Of a stretch of DNA of 64,000 nucleotides, positions 12,804-28,136 are shown in pieces. This stretch comes from Malacoraja senta (lineage: Eukaryota). The notes under the pieces were generated by a model that worked only from the letters and a program-made list of their open reading frames with translations, was not told the DNA's origin and made no database searches. The position numbers were made by a program, and so were the translations under genes. The first letter of the stretch is position 1, and each line of letters opens with the position of its first letter. The stretch covers positions 23,500,001-23,564,000 of the forward strand of contig CM075988.1 of assembly GCA_038087875.1 (NCBI GenBank), in the 5' to 3' direction.

Positions 12804-15396
12804 CCAGATCAGTTGATCTATCCATTATGATTTGAATATGAACTTAGAAACAATCCAAGATAATGTCGTTTTCTCAATAAAATGTTGCTGGCGTTTCATT
12901 TTAAAATCAAATTACTTTTACTCTAAAGAACAATCCCTTTTGGAATAAAATGCATAGCTGTCAGTACGATTCTCAAACAGTTAATGCAATAACAAAATAC
13001 TTTAGGCAATATAAAAGCACACCAACCTTATGACTTTCAGTATATCTGTGCAAAGGAAACCCATTGCAAAATGTTTATCAAAATTAAGCTACAAATTGCA
13101 GATGAGGCAATTTCAAAACTGAACTTCCTTTCCCCTACCCATCCCCCTCTGCAGCTACCAAATATTACTTTGCTCTTCCAAAACAAATAACTTTACAATT
13201 ACTGCACAAGAAATGCAGTGCACTGCAGGATGACAGAGCTTTAAAAAAATCCGTTCCTGGTTCTGCCTTTTTTCTATTGAAGGTCACTTAAGCAAAGGAT
13301 AAAGGATAACTTGGATAAAGAATGAAAACACAAATCACACCCATTTTAACATATTTGACAGTAGCAATAACAAATAACAAAATTCAATGTTTTAAAAGTT
13401 CAAAATTTGTATTAAAATACAAAATTTTGAAAATATTCAACGGAATGCCAGGCTTTGTCTACACAGGGAGAAATTGTGTTTTTTAACATTTCAATGGCTT
13501 TTCATCGAAACGGAATAAATCAGTTTTAAAATGTAGAGAAAGAAGAGGAGAGAGCTAAAGAGAAGAATGTGATTGGGTGGAACGTGGAAGGATGTGATGA
13601 TAGGTCAAGGCAAAAGAGGATTGTTTCAAGATGTTATTTAGAGAAACAATCAAAAATTACAGAAGATATAATAGAAATCAGGGGGGAAAAATGGAATTGT
13701 CATGATCTAAATAATTCATTTCCAAGGACAAAATTCTGCAAGAACCTGCAGATTAACAGTCTCATCCAAAATATCCAAGTATGACAATCAGCAAATTTGA
13801 TTTCAAACTAAAACTAAAACTAGCAGAAAAATGTATAAATTCATTGTATGATAGAAATTTTCCTCTGTGAGAAATAAACATCAATATTAATTGAAAACTA
13901 ACAAAATTCAAAAACAGATTGTAATAACTTTTATTGATGTGTATAAGTCAAGTCGAGGATGAGAACAGAAACCAAGAGATGGAATCCACAAAGAGGCAGG
14001 AAAAAATTACAACATTGGGACAATGTGGGCGAGTTAGGCCGAAGGGCCTGTTTCCACTCTCTATCACTCAGATGCATGTATCAAGGACGCTGGTATACGT
14101 ATTGCAAAAGGCTAATAAGCACCTACAAGAGTAATTTTAACAGAACGCCAGTGTTTATTGTCTATTTGTCTAATAAAGGTTAAGAAGGTTATACTTCAAG
14201 TAGTACAATGATGAGATCACATCTCCAGCACCGATGTACAATATTGGTCTCTTGTCTATGCAAGGATGTTAATGCTTATATTTCAGAGATTTATTAGACT
14301 GGAATGGGCAGGTTGTGTTACGAGTAAGTCAGAAAGGCTAGATATGTATTGAAAGGTTTTTTAAAAGTGAGATGGAACTTTATTGAAAGAAATGTGGGGT
14401 GTTGATAGGGTGACTGTGGTAAAGTCATTTCCTGTTGAAGAGAAAAATTTAAAACTGGAAGTTGTTGTATAAAAAACTAAGGAGTCACTTGTTTAAGCTT
14501 AAAATTAGATGGAATTGTTCCACACCATCATCCCCACCCCCCTCGATTTGCTTTTTCAAACGGTGGTGGAAACAGAGTGTTAAGTCGCAAGGGGCCATGG
14601 CAAATATTTCTTCCTATTTTGAAAGAATGCCCATATTAGATTTAGAAAATGTTTCAAGGCCTTTGACAGAAGCTTGATGTTAAAAGATTATCTGGTCAAG
14701 CATGGGATCCTGCGATCTGCAACAGAGAGCAAAGTTGTCACTGACATTGTGTGCAGAAGCCAAGCTTTCAGGACAAATTTCCCTTCAAGAATTTAGCATG
14801 CACAGTTGCAAGAAATGCACAGGATGACAGAGCAGGGGTTGCAGGCCTGAAGAAGCACAAAACCAATCAGCAGCTTTTGCCTTGTGAACCAACAGCAGCT
14901 GAACATGCCAGCTTGCACATCCTGCATTCACCACATACTCCCAGCTGTTAACTGAAATTATATGACAGTCCTCTTACCACAAAAAGGGGAGAAGAGTTGA
15001 ACAGTATGAAAACCCTTTGGTTGCCACACTCGAGGCAAATTGCTTTTCCCTTTATCTACTTTCAAACATTGGAAATGTTATATAAATTCAAAAAAAAGTT
15101 TGCAACAAGTAAATATATATCAGTAACCAAGAACTGCAAATGCTGGTTTATACCAAAAGATAGACACAAAGTGCTGGGGTAACTCAGTGGGTCAGGCAGC
15201 ATCTCTCGAGAAAAAGGATAGGTGATATTTTGGGATGGGACACTTCTTCAGAATAAATATTAGATTCAGTTTAGAAATGTTATACATTAAAAGTATTCCA
15301 AATAAGTACAAACTACACAAGGACTAAAATATAGACACAACCACCAGAGTTCTGAGCATCAGAAGCTGCAGCTAGAATAAAGACAATCCAATCCTA

Positions 15397-15645
<249 letters not shown>

Positions 15646-18600
15646 CTACACAGATAAAAAAAAGTGAACAGAGTGTGTAAATAGACACAGGACATAAAAA
15701 CAAGTGCAAATCAAAGTCAGAAATGATTAACAAAATAAGTCCTTTCTAAAACTAAAGCAATCCATTTAGTCAATCAGCACTGCATAGTTATTTTTACAAT
15801 TATTTTTAAAAATGGGAAGAACTAGAATGACAATCCAAATTAATTCTGAACCACTCCCACAAGGCAATAATGGCTTATTTAAAGTGTTTTGGTTTATAAA
15901 AAAAAAAAGCTTAAAAAAAATATATACGTGCTATTATAAATGGGGGAAATACTTTAATATTGCGCAACTCAAAGAATCTTAACATTTCTAAAGAAATAAA
16001 TTAGTTCTCACTCTTATTATCAAAACCAGATAATTACATTATCATAGGTAATATACAGTGGAGCATATTTACATTTTGAATGTTAATGCAAAATGTGTAT
16101 CAGATTCAGAAGGCAAATATGCTGTCTGAAATAAAATACTGTTTGAACGAAGGCTTTTGACCCCTAGCGCCCTTACTCCAAATAGTCATGTTAATTTTGG
16201 TTTCATTATTCTTTTCAGCCAGACAACTATCGAATTGGATGAAATAATCTTAGAAAGATTTGAAATCAAGACATGGGGGTGGGGGAAGATTGTTCCTTAC
16301 AAAACTAGACGTATTGGGGTAAATCTTTGCTGATGTGTAATGGATCTACTGGTTGCTTTGCCCACAGGTAAAAGATTGAAACATTTTTGGATATTAAGGG
16401 AATTGAGAGATAAGAACAAAAGTGTTATCTAAAAATGTCAACCATGATGTTATGATGTATGCGAGGGGCAAACAGCTCGTCTCATTTCTATATCTTGTGT
16501 TGACTGGAAAAACTCAGTTGTGAAAGATCTGCACTTAGTTAATACAACCTATAATTAAGTGCACATAAACAAAATAAGTAGTAAATGTGAGATTACAGAA
16601 ATTAAGAAAAAACTAGAAATGCCCTTAAAATCAGACAAATATGAAGAGAGGAATAGAACTAACATTTCAGGTCAATGACGTCGGTACAAGATTGTCAACC
16701 TGAAGTTCTGCTGTTTCTCCACAAATGCTGCCAACCTACCAGGTGTTTCTGGCATTTTCTATTTTTATAGTAGATAGGCCTTCAGAGCAGTTCCACAAGT
16801 TTATATAAAGGTTGGCAGAGGAGAAACAGACCACAAAATATGCACATGGTTGCCAAGAAAACCACATCGTACCAGGGTAAAGCAGAACTAGTCTTCCCAT
16901 CAGTGAGCCAGAAGTATTCCCTCACTACCTAGACATGACAATGTCAGAAATCCATGTTGGATCAAAAAACATCCTAAAGACCAGATGTGGCGAGCAAGTT
17001 AAATATCCCACATCCTTCAGGTACATTATTAGTCCAAGGCTCTGCAGTCCATTGAAGCTTTATTTTTTTTTTTAAAGGCATAATTTCTTCCTCTGTTACA
17101 TTTTGTTTCAAATTTGTATTCACAGCTTTTATGGCCTCTGCTGCAAATTGTGTTTTATGATATGCCATTCTTTATTCTAATCACAAGACTCGATTCTTCC
17201 TAGGTTTAACATCTTATGTTTATTTGGTCCATTTTCACCCTCCCAAAACCATTTTTTCCCCCCCAGCTTATCACATTAAATTTTATTTAGCCAAAACAAA
17301 AATAGAAGTGTTTACCATTTAGACATCATTTGAATCCATATCAGGTCTTTGTAAAGCAATGGGCAGGAATGGCTTAATTACAAATATACCTCCAGTTAAT
17401 TATCTAATAAATTTGCTTGCCAACACGTTTCTTGTATGGTGATAAAACTATGAATCTGTACTCCAGCAGACATCTTGAGGCAAGAAAACTTGGAGGGAGT
17501 TGCGCATGGTTGTATGAGGAAAAGGGAAGAAGGGCAAAGGTAAAGACAACTGAGGGAACTCTTGTCTGAAGAAACAAATATTAATACTAAACAAGTCCTG
17601 ATACCATTATTAAGGAAGTGGGTGGGAGAACAAGTTACTGAGGTTAAGAACACGAGGACAAAGTCACACTTCTATTTTTCAACTTCTCTGCTTTGAACAA
17701 GGGAAGTGAACTTGGCAGCTGAACATAGCCAAATTATATATATTACCAGAACATCCAGAAGGAGTTAAAGTGACAGCAGCAGATATTACGATAGATAGGA
17801 AATAAAACCTCATGGCATTAGAAAGGTTAGAAGAGATCAAGGTCATTTCTACCGCGGAAAATAAATACCAACTGGCAATGTACAAAATAGCAGGACAATG
17901 CTCAATCCACATGCCTGTTCCATCGTTCAAAAAGATTATGGCAGATCTTTTTATCTTAGTAACACTTTCCTTCACCAAGTTTACATATCGCTCAATCCCC
18001 TTAATGTCAAAAAAAATTGCAATAATGACAATCCCAATGATTCGCAACCCTATAATTAAATTTCTTCTCAACCCAGACCTGAATGGTCTTCACCTATTCA
18101 GAGACTCTGATCCCTAGTTTTAGACACGATAACTAGGGGAAACATCATCCTGCAAAGCCTCATAAAGTATCACCTCTCTTTGTTTGAACCTCAATGAGTC
18201 TATTCAAAGGAAATCTGCAATCACACCTTCGAACTCCAGGAATCTATCTGGTGAGTCTTCAATGCACTCCCTCTATTGTAAGTACATCCTTCGGTAGAGA
18301 CACAAAATGCAGTCTTGCCCTATAAAATTGCAATATTTAATTTAATACTCAAAAAGTCAATGAAAGCTTTCTTTTTAATTGGTTGCCGTCTCCAATTGTT
18401 GAGCCCAAGGTTTCAAGATGCAATTTATTTTTTCAAGTAATATATTTTTCCCTCAAAATGGCTTTCCCATCTCGTCTGCAAAAATTGGTTTACAAAGTAT
18501 CTAGCTGATAGGAGAAATCTTATTTAACGATCATATTATAGCTCCATTTTATTTTATAAATCAGCTTTGTACAACTATCTTCATCACATTGGAAAGAAGA

Positions 18601-19279
18601 AATTCAGACAAAGTAGAATCATCACAAATACATTCATATTTTGTGACTGCACTTCAGATGCCATTGGCTGCTATGGGACATTCCAAAGTCAATTTGTGTG
18701 TATTCCCACAGTAAATAATAACATGCTGAAAAATCAATGCTCTTAATTTCTTTTCAAGTTTAGATCTACCCTATTTCCAATAATGTGTAGAACATTCTAG
18801 ATACATGGAGTCTTGAAAACATTTCCAGCCACTGAAAAGGCCCAGTATATAGTTTCAGAAACACTATTTTCCATGTCTTGCCACTATTTACTCCACAAAT
18901 TTCTCACTACATTGTCATTTGACCACATATTCCTCGTGTAGGCATTCCATACGGGACACGTCAGAAGCAGGCAACCACTTAAAAAGCGACCTCTGTTGTC
19001 AGTGGTACCATTTCTACAGGATGCAGTGCCAAAACTACAGTATCTATACATGGAGCGATTTTTAAACAATTTTCTGGCAACAAAACAAGATTTTCCAAAC
19101 AATACTGATCAAGAAAACATCTTTTATTAAAAATAAATGACTTGGTTCTTCAGCTATTTTGATTATAATTGGATTATCATATATTTTATTTCTCACTGGA
19201 GAAGCAAATCATTTTGCCCATAACTGTAATATTAAAAACATAATGTTTGACCTGAGTTGAGAGCTACGAAGTTGGAAAG

Positions 19280-19700
19280 CAGAGCCCGAAGCCAAACTAT
19301 AAGAGTTTCTATAGGCATGTTAAAAGGAAAGGATTAGTGAAGACTAATGTCAGTCCCTTACAGTCAGAGACAGGTGAATTTATAATGGAAAACAAGGAAA
19401 TGGCAGAACAGTTAAACGAGTACTTTGCTTCTGTCTTCACAAAGGAAAACAAACAATTTCCCGGACATACTACGGGACCGAGGATCAAGTGGGAGGGAGG
19501 AACTGAAGGGGATCCACATTAGTCAGAGAATGGTGTTAGGTAAACTGTTGGGACTGAAGGCAGATAAAGGGCCGGATGGTCTGCATCCCAGAGTACCCTA
19601 GAAATCATGGATGGATTAGTGATAATTTTCCAATGTTCTCTCGACTCTGGATCAGTTCCTGTGGACTGGAGGGTAGTCAATGTAACTCACTTTTCAAGAA
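19280..19700 (+). mobile_element. CR1 LINE internal ORF2 fragment
   Basis: KTNVSPLQSETGEFIMENKEMAEQLNEYFASVFTKE, followed by GPDGLHPRV-like and VPVDWRV-like sequence. Confidence 0.75.
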
Positions 19701-21293
19701 AGATAACTTTTGTAAATCCAACCAATAAAAACAGGTTATGCATGAAATTATAAGATGTTTTAGTGCTCTTGTAAAAAATACCACATGAACATCTATTTAG
19801 CTCAGTTGCAGAATGTTCCAGTTAATTACAGCCCTGGGCACTGATAATCCAGATAAACAAAGCTTTCTGGGTATAATTTGTGAGATTTGTATCTCTGAAT
19901 ATAGACTGTACGGATTATGAATGAATTAGTCTGCTACCATATTAATGCTTTGAGAGCTGTGAGCAAATTCTTTCCATGTTTTAACTCACTAGCTCAACTG
20001 TGTAAGCTTCAGTAGTACAGCACTATGTAATTTAAACGATGAAATATGATGGTATCATGATGCTGTTTCTAATTCACACATTAATGAGTGAATGTTTTAT
20101 TGTTCCATTTGTTGCAAAGTTATCACAGATGGTGAGCACGGTCAGATTTTAACCCATGGGAAGCATGACCTTGCCTATAAAAATTGACTTCTGCAGATAA
20201 GATTGCACAGGGAAGTAACAAAATATGTTTCCACAGAAACGATCTGATGTTAATGGTTACACCCTAACTTGGTTCACCATGATAAAACATGTCTCACCCA
20301 TCAAAATAAGTTTCTAGCACTTATCTCAAGCTGCAAGAAGCATATTTGATGTCAAACCGTGGAAAACCACCACAAGATGGATAAATGCATACAATATTAA
20401 AATCAACGGCTAAAAAAGTTACATGTTCAATCCATATTATTTGTCATGTTTAAAGGAGTCAATGTAATTTTTTACGAAAATTCTTAGCTTGTCAGACCTA
20501 GCGAAAAATCAGCAGAAATTTCCATATTCATATCCAAATGGCTTTGGACTGAGGTTTGGGTCAGCTTTTGATAGTGCTGTAAATGACACGTGAAAGTCCC
20601 AACAGTTTTAATGTTTGCAGCAAGTCATAATGGCAAGATAATTCAATTTCTGTCACAGGCAGAAAATTCAAACAGGATAATGAACAAATCTCTTTGAAAA
20701 CTGTAAAGACAAGAGTAGCCGTATAATAAAAAATTGAGACAGTGGGTCCAATTTGAAATGAATTAAGAGCATTAGAAGAATATCATGCTAGACCTTGGGC
20801 CTGGAGGCAGTGGTGGAGCATCACAGCTCCAGTGACCCGAGTTCTATTCTGACTTCTGGTGCTGTCTGCCTGGAGATTGCACATTCCATATGACATGGTG
20901 AGTTTCCCCATAGTGGCACGGTTTCCTCCCATATCCCAAATACATGCTAATTGCTACTATATATTAACCCGACAGTAGGTGGTTGTGGCACAACTAGGAG
21001 AGAGTTGATGGGCATGTAAGGAGAATAAGTTACAGGTAAAATAATTGGGGGAATGCGATGATTCTCAGTGAGATGAATGGCCATCTTCCACGTCATAAGG
21101 AAGTATTTAAATACGAAATACAGCACATACTGGCTTGTTCACTGCACTTACCTGATGCTGAGGACCCAGCAGAGGTACGTGTGGAGCAAGCGGGAGGCCA
21201 TTGAGGAAGGCTGGCCCCTGGGTGAACTGGTGGACCAGGTGAGCTAACACTTCCAACTCAAAGCCATTGAACAATCTCTGGGCTCTGTGTAAG

Positions 21294-21680
21294 GGTGGCA
21301 CAGCGTAGAGTTGCTACCTTAAACTGCCAGAGGCATGGGTTCAATCCTGACCTCGGGTGCTGTCTGTATGGAGTTTGTACGTTCTCCCCGTGACCTGCTT
21401 GGGCTTTCTCAAGGTTATCCAGTTTCCACCCTCTCCAAAGATGTGTGGGTGTGTAGGTTAATTGTAAATTGTCCCTAGTTTGTGTAGAATAGTGCTAGTG
21501 TGCTGGGATCACTGGCCGAAGGGCCTGTTTGATCAGTACGGGTGTCAGGGGTTATGGGGAGAAGGCAGGAGAATGGGGTTAAAAGATCAGCCATGATTGA
21601 ATGACGGAGTAGATTTGATGGGCCTAATTCTGCACTTATCACTTTTGAACTGTTCCATGCTGAATCTCTAAACCAAACTA
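21294..21680 (+). mobile_element. tRNA-derived SINE with an embedded CR1 3' end
   Basis: SINE head and core 21294-21530, CR1 3' UTR 21531-21650, (CTAAA)n tail. Confidence 0.65.
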
Positions 21681-21872
21681 AACTAGAGGCGTTGATGAAC
21701 TTTCTTGATTACATCAGGGCGCTGGGCCCAGGAAACATCTTGAGAGAGATGCATGTCGAAGCTGTTGTCTCTCTCCACTGCCGTCCTTGAATGAGGGGTT
21801 GAGGGAGGAAGATGTTGGGGGGAAGGAACTGCCGATGCTGGTTTACACCGAAGATAGACACAAAATGCTGGA

Positions 21873-22240
21873 GTTTAGAAGGATGAGGGGAAGACCTCAT
21901 TGAAACTTACCGAATAGTGAAAGGCTTGGATAGAGTGGATGTGGAGAGGATGTTTCCACTGGTGGGAGAGTCTTGTACTTGGGAGAGTCATAGCTTCAGA
22001 ATTAAAGGTTGTTCTTTTAGGAAGGAGACGAGGAGGAATTTCTATAGTCAGAGGGTGGTGAATCTGTGGAATTCTTTGCCACAGAAGGCTGTGAAGCCCA
22101 TCAATGGATATATTTCAGGCAGAGATAGGAGAAGGCAGGAGAATGGGGTTAGGAGGTAGAGATAGATTAGCCATGATTGAATGGTGGAACAGACCTGATG
22201 GGCCGAATGGCCTAATTCTGCTCCTATCACTTAAGAACCT
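21873..22240 (+). mobile_element. CR1 LINE 3' fragment
   Basis: KGLDRVDVERMFPLVGES...RRNFYSQRVVNLWNSLPQKAV. Confidence 0.8.
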
Positions 22241-23913
22241 ATGAAGCTCTGACGCTCCAGAGAACACAATCCAAATCTCTCCAACCTCTTCTTATAACTA
22301 GAAACAAGGAACTACAGATGCTGGTTTATTTCAAGAGAGTTAGATTTCACTCTAAGGGCTAACGGAATCAAGGGATAGGGGGAAAAAGCAGGAATGGGGT
22401 ACTGATTTTGAATGATCAGCCATGATCATATTGAATGGCAGTGCTGGCTCGAAGGGCCTACTCCTGCACCTATTTTTTTTCTGTTTCATTTATTTTATCT
22501 GATACCAGAAAACCTGCATTACCAATCAGGGTTACATAAAACTTGTCCAATAAGGTCCAGTTCCAGTGGCATATTCACTACACAGTGCATAAAACGTTGA
22601 AGATATACCTTTAACAAAATTGATCTACACAGTTAACTTTTCAAAGTATGCATGAGAGCATATACACATCTTTATGATGTAGATCCATGTGATACACCCA
22701 TAAGATGTATCTACTTATTTAATACCTCACATTCTAAAGTGCAGTGACCACTTCATGGCATTGGAACTAGGTAGCTTTTAAATGTGATTATCTCCATCAC
22801 CCTTTCAGGTAGCAAGTTCCTGATCTACACGACTCTTGGGTTGGAAAAACATTTCATTATCTTTCTTCCCATTATTCAGTAGGGCACACTTAAGAGGCTT
22901 GGCCAGGTGACAAGAGCAAGAATGGGAAGCAAAAAGGGATAGTAATGGATAGGCTTTTTTTTCACACAAGGGTGAAGGACAAAGAAAAGAATGATTTAAA
23001 GATAGTTCCTGATAATAATAATAATAATATCTTTTCATGGCATTGGAACAAGATGTAGAGAAACCAAGGAGTATCTTCTTAGTCCTCAGAAGTTTTACTC
23101 AGGGTATTGAGATGGAAAATATAGCCTAACATGTACCAGTCAAATCTGCAAGATTCAAAACATTTAAGCAAAAGATATTAGATATTTGCAATATTGGAAA
23201 TATTGTGGTAGTAGATGAGAGAACCTACAAATGGATAGGAAAGGAAGTGCAGTACCAAGGAAATAAATATAGATGGAGAATGAAACATAGTCCTACCTTT
23301 TGGTGAAAGTTACAACCCAATTATTAATAATGACAGGAATATTAAAGTTATGCAAAGTGATAAGATTGTCTGGAATGTGATTAAGCTACCTAAATGTATT
23401 TGATTTAGAAAAGTGTAGAATGAATGCATAAGATAGAATGAAAGACTTGAAATAAAGTAATACAAACCTGCTACTCTAGGGTAACTTCTAGTTTATCAGT
23501 AATGGATTGCAGACATATTATATCACCTTGGTTAGGTTTGCAGTGACAGTGTTCTGTTAAGCCTATGACACTGCAGTTTTACTTAGGAATCCAGTTGGAC
23601 ATAATTGTGCTGTCTGACTGGAGACGTTTGAATTATCTTTATTCGGACTTTAATGTCAGTGTTATATCTTGCACTAAATGTTGTGCCTTTTATCCTTTAT
23701 CTGAATACTGTGGATAATGTGATTCATGTATGTAGTCTTTTCTTTGACTGGATAGCAAATAAACAAAAGCTTTTCACTCTACCTTAGTACACGTGACATA
23801 AAAAACTAGGAAACGCTACGAGTCAATGCAGGGAAACCGGGTTAGCCCAATATGACAACTTGGTCAGCACGGACAAGGAGGGTGCTCTACAAAACAACTC
23901 TTGTTACATCTTC

Positions 23914-26900
23914 TTTTTTTTTAAATTGTTTTAATTTTTTTTAATTTTATTTATTAGAAGTACATTACATTATGGTGGTGCCTTTTTACAGGTTCCCAAA
24001 GTTATTTTAACATTCTTTGTACAACTTCCCTTTTTTTTAAAGAAAGAAATGAGAAAGAAAGAAGTAGTAAAGAGTAAAGGAAAGTCTAGTGAGTGTGAAA
24101 TAAAGAAAATAAATAATTAGGAAAGTGAAGCAGAAAGGATATTCTCCCTCGCCACAAGTCGATGCTTTTTTATATTCTTGATCATTTTTCGCCCATACCC
24201 AAAAATTTTAATTTTTACGATACTGTTGCACCACATGAATCCAAAAAGTCAATAAATGGAGATCAACTCGTTAAGAAATGGTCTTTTTTGTCTATTAGGA
24301 GGAGTCTCATTTCTTCCAGGTGGGCTGTTTCCAACATATTACCAATCCACATTTTGAGTGTTGGTATAGTAGCATTTTTCCAAAATTTAAGTATGAGTTT
24401 TTTTGCTGTTATTAAACCATAATTAAAAAATGAAATTTGGGATATATTTAATTTGTTCCCATCTCCTATTACTCCAAATATAATCATTTCAGTGTTAGGT
24501 TCCATTTTTATCTTAAATAAACTAGTGAATATATCAAATATATCACACCAAAACTTATGAAGTTTTGTGCAAGAAACGAAAGAGTGTGTGATATTGGTAT
24601 TTTGAGAAAGACATTTATCACAGATGGGAGAAATATTTGAATACAATTTATTCAATCTAATTTTTGAATAATATAATCTATGAAATATTTTAAATTGAAT
24701 TAAATTGTGTCTAGCGTTAATCGAACATTTATGTATATATATCAAATACTTTTCCCACGTTTCTTTAGAAATTTTTGTCATTAATTCTTTTTCCCAGTCT
24801 TCTCTAATTGCCTCTGTTGATGGCAATTCTCTGTTAAGAATACTATTATATAAATATGATATTAATTTTTGTGAGTCCGCCTTAATATTCATTGCTTCTT
24901 CCAGTGGGTCTATCATTATGCTCTGTAATCTTGGTATATATTTTTTCATAAAGTCACATATCTGTAAATATTTAAAGTATTGGTTGTTATTCAGATTAAA
25001 TTTTGATTTTAATTGTTGAAATGATAATAAATTTCCCATTTCATACATGTCACCCACCTTTTTAATTCCCAATCTTTCCCATTGTCTATATGTTTTATTC
25101 ATAAAAGATGGTTTGAATACCGGATTATTCACTATTGGTGTTAATGATGATAAGTTTCTTAATTTTAAAGTTAATTTTATTTGTTTCCAAATTCGAATTA
25201 TGTTATGTATAATTGGATTCTTCTTATATAATGTATTATTCAATTTTATCGGGGGAGAAGAGGATCGCTCCTCAATCGTACGGAGAACAATCCTCTTTCT
25301 CCATTCTTATCCATTCCATCTGTTGAGAAGGACAATCCAACCAATAAATTATATTCTTGATATGCACTGCCCAATAATAATATAAAAAATTAGGCAGTGC
25401 AAGTCCCCCTACATCTTTAGGTTTGCACAAATGGTTTCTTTTAATTCTATGTGCTTTATAGTCCCAAATAAAATTAGTAATATTAGAGTCTAATTTAAAA
25501 ATATATATATTTTGGTATATATATTGGTATGGATTGAAATAAGTATATTATTTGTGATAGAACTATCATTTTTATAGCATTTATTTTGCCAATTAATGAT
25601 AATGGGAGCGTTTTCCAAAATTTAATCAGAGCGTTCAATTTATTTAATAAAGGACTAAAATTAGCGTTAAATAATGATTTATATCTTCTAGTAACTTGAA
25701 TACCCAAATACTTAAATTTTTCCGTTGCAATTTTAAAAGGAAATTTTAATAGGTGGTTCGCTTTCTGGGGCTGTAATGACATAATTTCACTTTTATTCCA
25801 ATTTATTCTATATCCAGAAAAAGAGCCAAAGGCTCTATCATAAGGGCAAATAGCAGGGGTGATAAAACACATCCCTGCCTATTGCCCCGTGATAATTGGA
25901 ATTTTGGAGATAACATATTATTAGTTAATATTCTTGCCATCGGTTTATCATATAGAGATTTTACCCATCTAATACAATTATCTCCCATATTAAATTTTTG
26001 GAGTACTATGTATAAATACTGCCAATCTACCTGATCAAATGCTTTCTCTGCATCCAAAGATATAACTGATAAGTCTTCCTTTTCCACTTTATGTGAATAC
26101 ATTATATTAAAAAGTCTCAAATTATTAAATGATTGTCTTTTAGGTATAAACCCCGTTTGGTCCGGGTTTATCAATTTATTAATATATTTACTCAATCTTC
26201 TTGCTAAAGTCTTTGCTAAAATTTTCTGATCTGTATTTAAAAGTGATATAGCTCTGTACGAGCCCGGATCTTATAAATCTTTATCTTTTTTTGATATAAG
26301 CGTAATTGTAGATTATGCTAATGTTTCTGGTAATTTCTTTTCGGTAAAAGCATACGTGTATAATTTAAGTAATCGTGGGACCATTAACTCCTGAAATCTT
26401 TTATAAAATTGATTATTAAAACCGTCTGGCCCTGGTGTCTTCCCATTTTTCAGTTCTTTTATTGTTTCTCTTATTTCTTCACGTGTTCTGAGCTCCTAAT
26501 TCCTCTTGTTCTAAGATATCCAATTTTGGCAAATTACAATTATCTAAAAAATTTATAATTTTATTGTCTTCTATTTTAGTTTTAGATGTATATAAATTTT
26601 GATAAAATTGAGCGAACCTTTTATTAATGTCTTTAGGTAAAGTTAATAGTTCCCCATTCTCCGATTTGATTTTAATAATAGTTTTTTCCTTTTCTTGCTT
26701 CTTCAATTGTCGTGCTAGAAGTTTATGTGGTTTATCCCCAAATTCAAACTGTACTTGTTTTGTGATCTGAAATAATCTTATTACTCTTGCCGATAATATT
26801 CAATTAAGTTTAAATTTCAATAATGTAATCTTATTATGTTTATCTATAGTTGGGTCTTTTGCGTTACTTAATTCTAATAGTTTAATTTCCTTTTCTAACG

Positions 26901-28136
26901 TCCATTGTTCTGTCATATTTTTTTTTATTTTGAAAACTTTGATATGAAATTATAACTCCATGGATGAATGCCTTAAAAGATTCCCATAATAAAGATGGTG
27001 AAATACCTGGTGTCTCGTTTGTCTGTTTTAAATACTCGTAACCTTGTGAGTTATTAGCTATTTGTGTGTTAAATCTCCAAAAAGATTTTATACCTGGCAT
27101 TCCCTCAAGTTTTATTGATTTGTCTAAATATGAATCAATAACACAGTTAAAGTCCCCCCTAGTATTACATTTTGATAATTATACTCATCTATTATATCCA
27201 TAATTTTCTTTAAAACTTGGGGGTTATCAAAATTTGGAGCATAAATATTTATCAGAGTCAGTGGTGTAGAATAAATTTCTCCCGCCACTATCGGGTACCT
27301 TCCTTCTTTATCAGATATAGTATTCTTTAATATAAATGGTATACCTTTCCGAATAATAATAGCCATTCCTCTAGCTTTAGCAGTAAATGACGAGTGATAA
27401 GTTTGGCCTATCCAGTTTGCCCTCAGTCTCATCTGTGTTTGTAGTTTCGTATGAGTTTCTTGCAGAAAAGCTATGTCCACATTTAAAGATTTTAACTGGG
27501 CCAGAATCTTGCCCCTTTTAATGGGATCATTCGCACCCCTAATATTCCAACTACAGAATGTGAATCCTCCATTCTTTTGTTTCCTATTATCTTGCATTGT
27601 TAATTGGTTTTGGTGATTTTGCTTCATGTGGTGTAGTTAAGTACCTCAGGCTTTTGGGTATGTGGGTATCGCCCCATACTTCTGACGTTATTTTACCTCT
27701 CCTCCGTATATTGAACCTCCATGAGAAAAAGAGAAAAGTGTGTTGAGAAATAGTAAAGAGAGAATTTTTTTTGGATAAACCACATAAAAGTGAATACAAC
27801 AACAAAAAAAGTGAGTTTACGGTATCAAAAAGGTGATACCTTACATACAAGAAGCCATCTATAATGGCCAAAAATTGATTGACCTCCGTAGTTGGAATTA
27901 TACATTGAGCTCAGCCCCCTAGATACAATGTCATTTATGACTACATGCCGTTTCCTCTTAATATATCAACAACAACAAAATCATTAGAAAACATTTATCC
28001 GGTCAGGCCGAATAAAACAAAAAAAAGTTTCATCAATAGAAAGTTATCATCATCTATACTATTTCAAATATTCTCTTATGTACCCAGATTTTAAACCTTC
28101 CACGACTCTGTGATATTGAGCAAGCACCATAGAAGG
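23914..28136 (-). mobile_element. 5'-truncated L1 (inter-ORF region plus disrupted ORF2)
   Basis: APE start SWNIRGANDPIKRGKIL...AFLQETH. RT motifs DQTGFI, SLDAEKAFD, RGNRQGCVLSPLLF, FKYLGI. C-terminal CDKC...HSFVSC. Poly(A)-like tail. 16-bp TSD CTCTTGTTACATCTTC (23898-23913, 28137-28152). Confidence 0.92.

Noticed and set aside
17679..18117. 130-aa and 101-aa ORFs
   Set aside because: They overlap very degraded CR1-like sequence and have no recognisable domain or splice signals.
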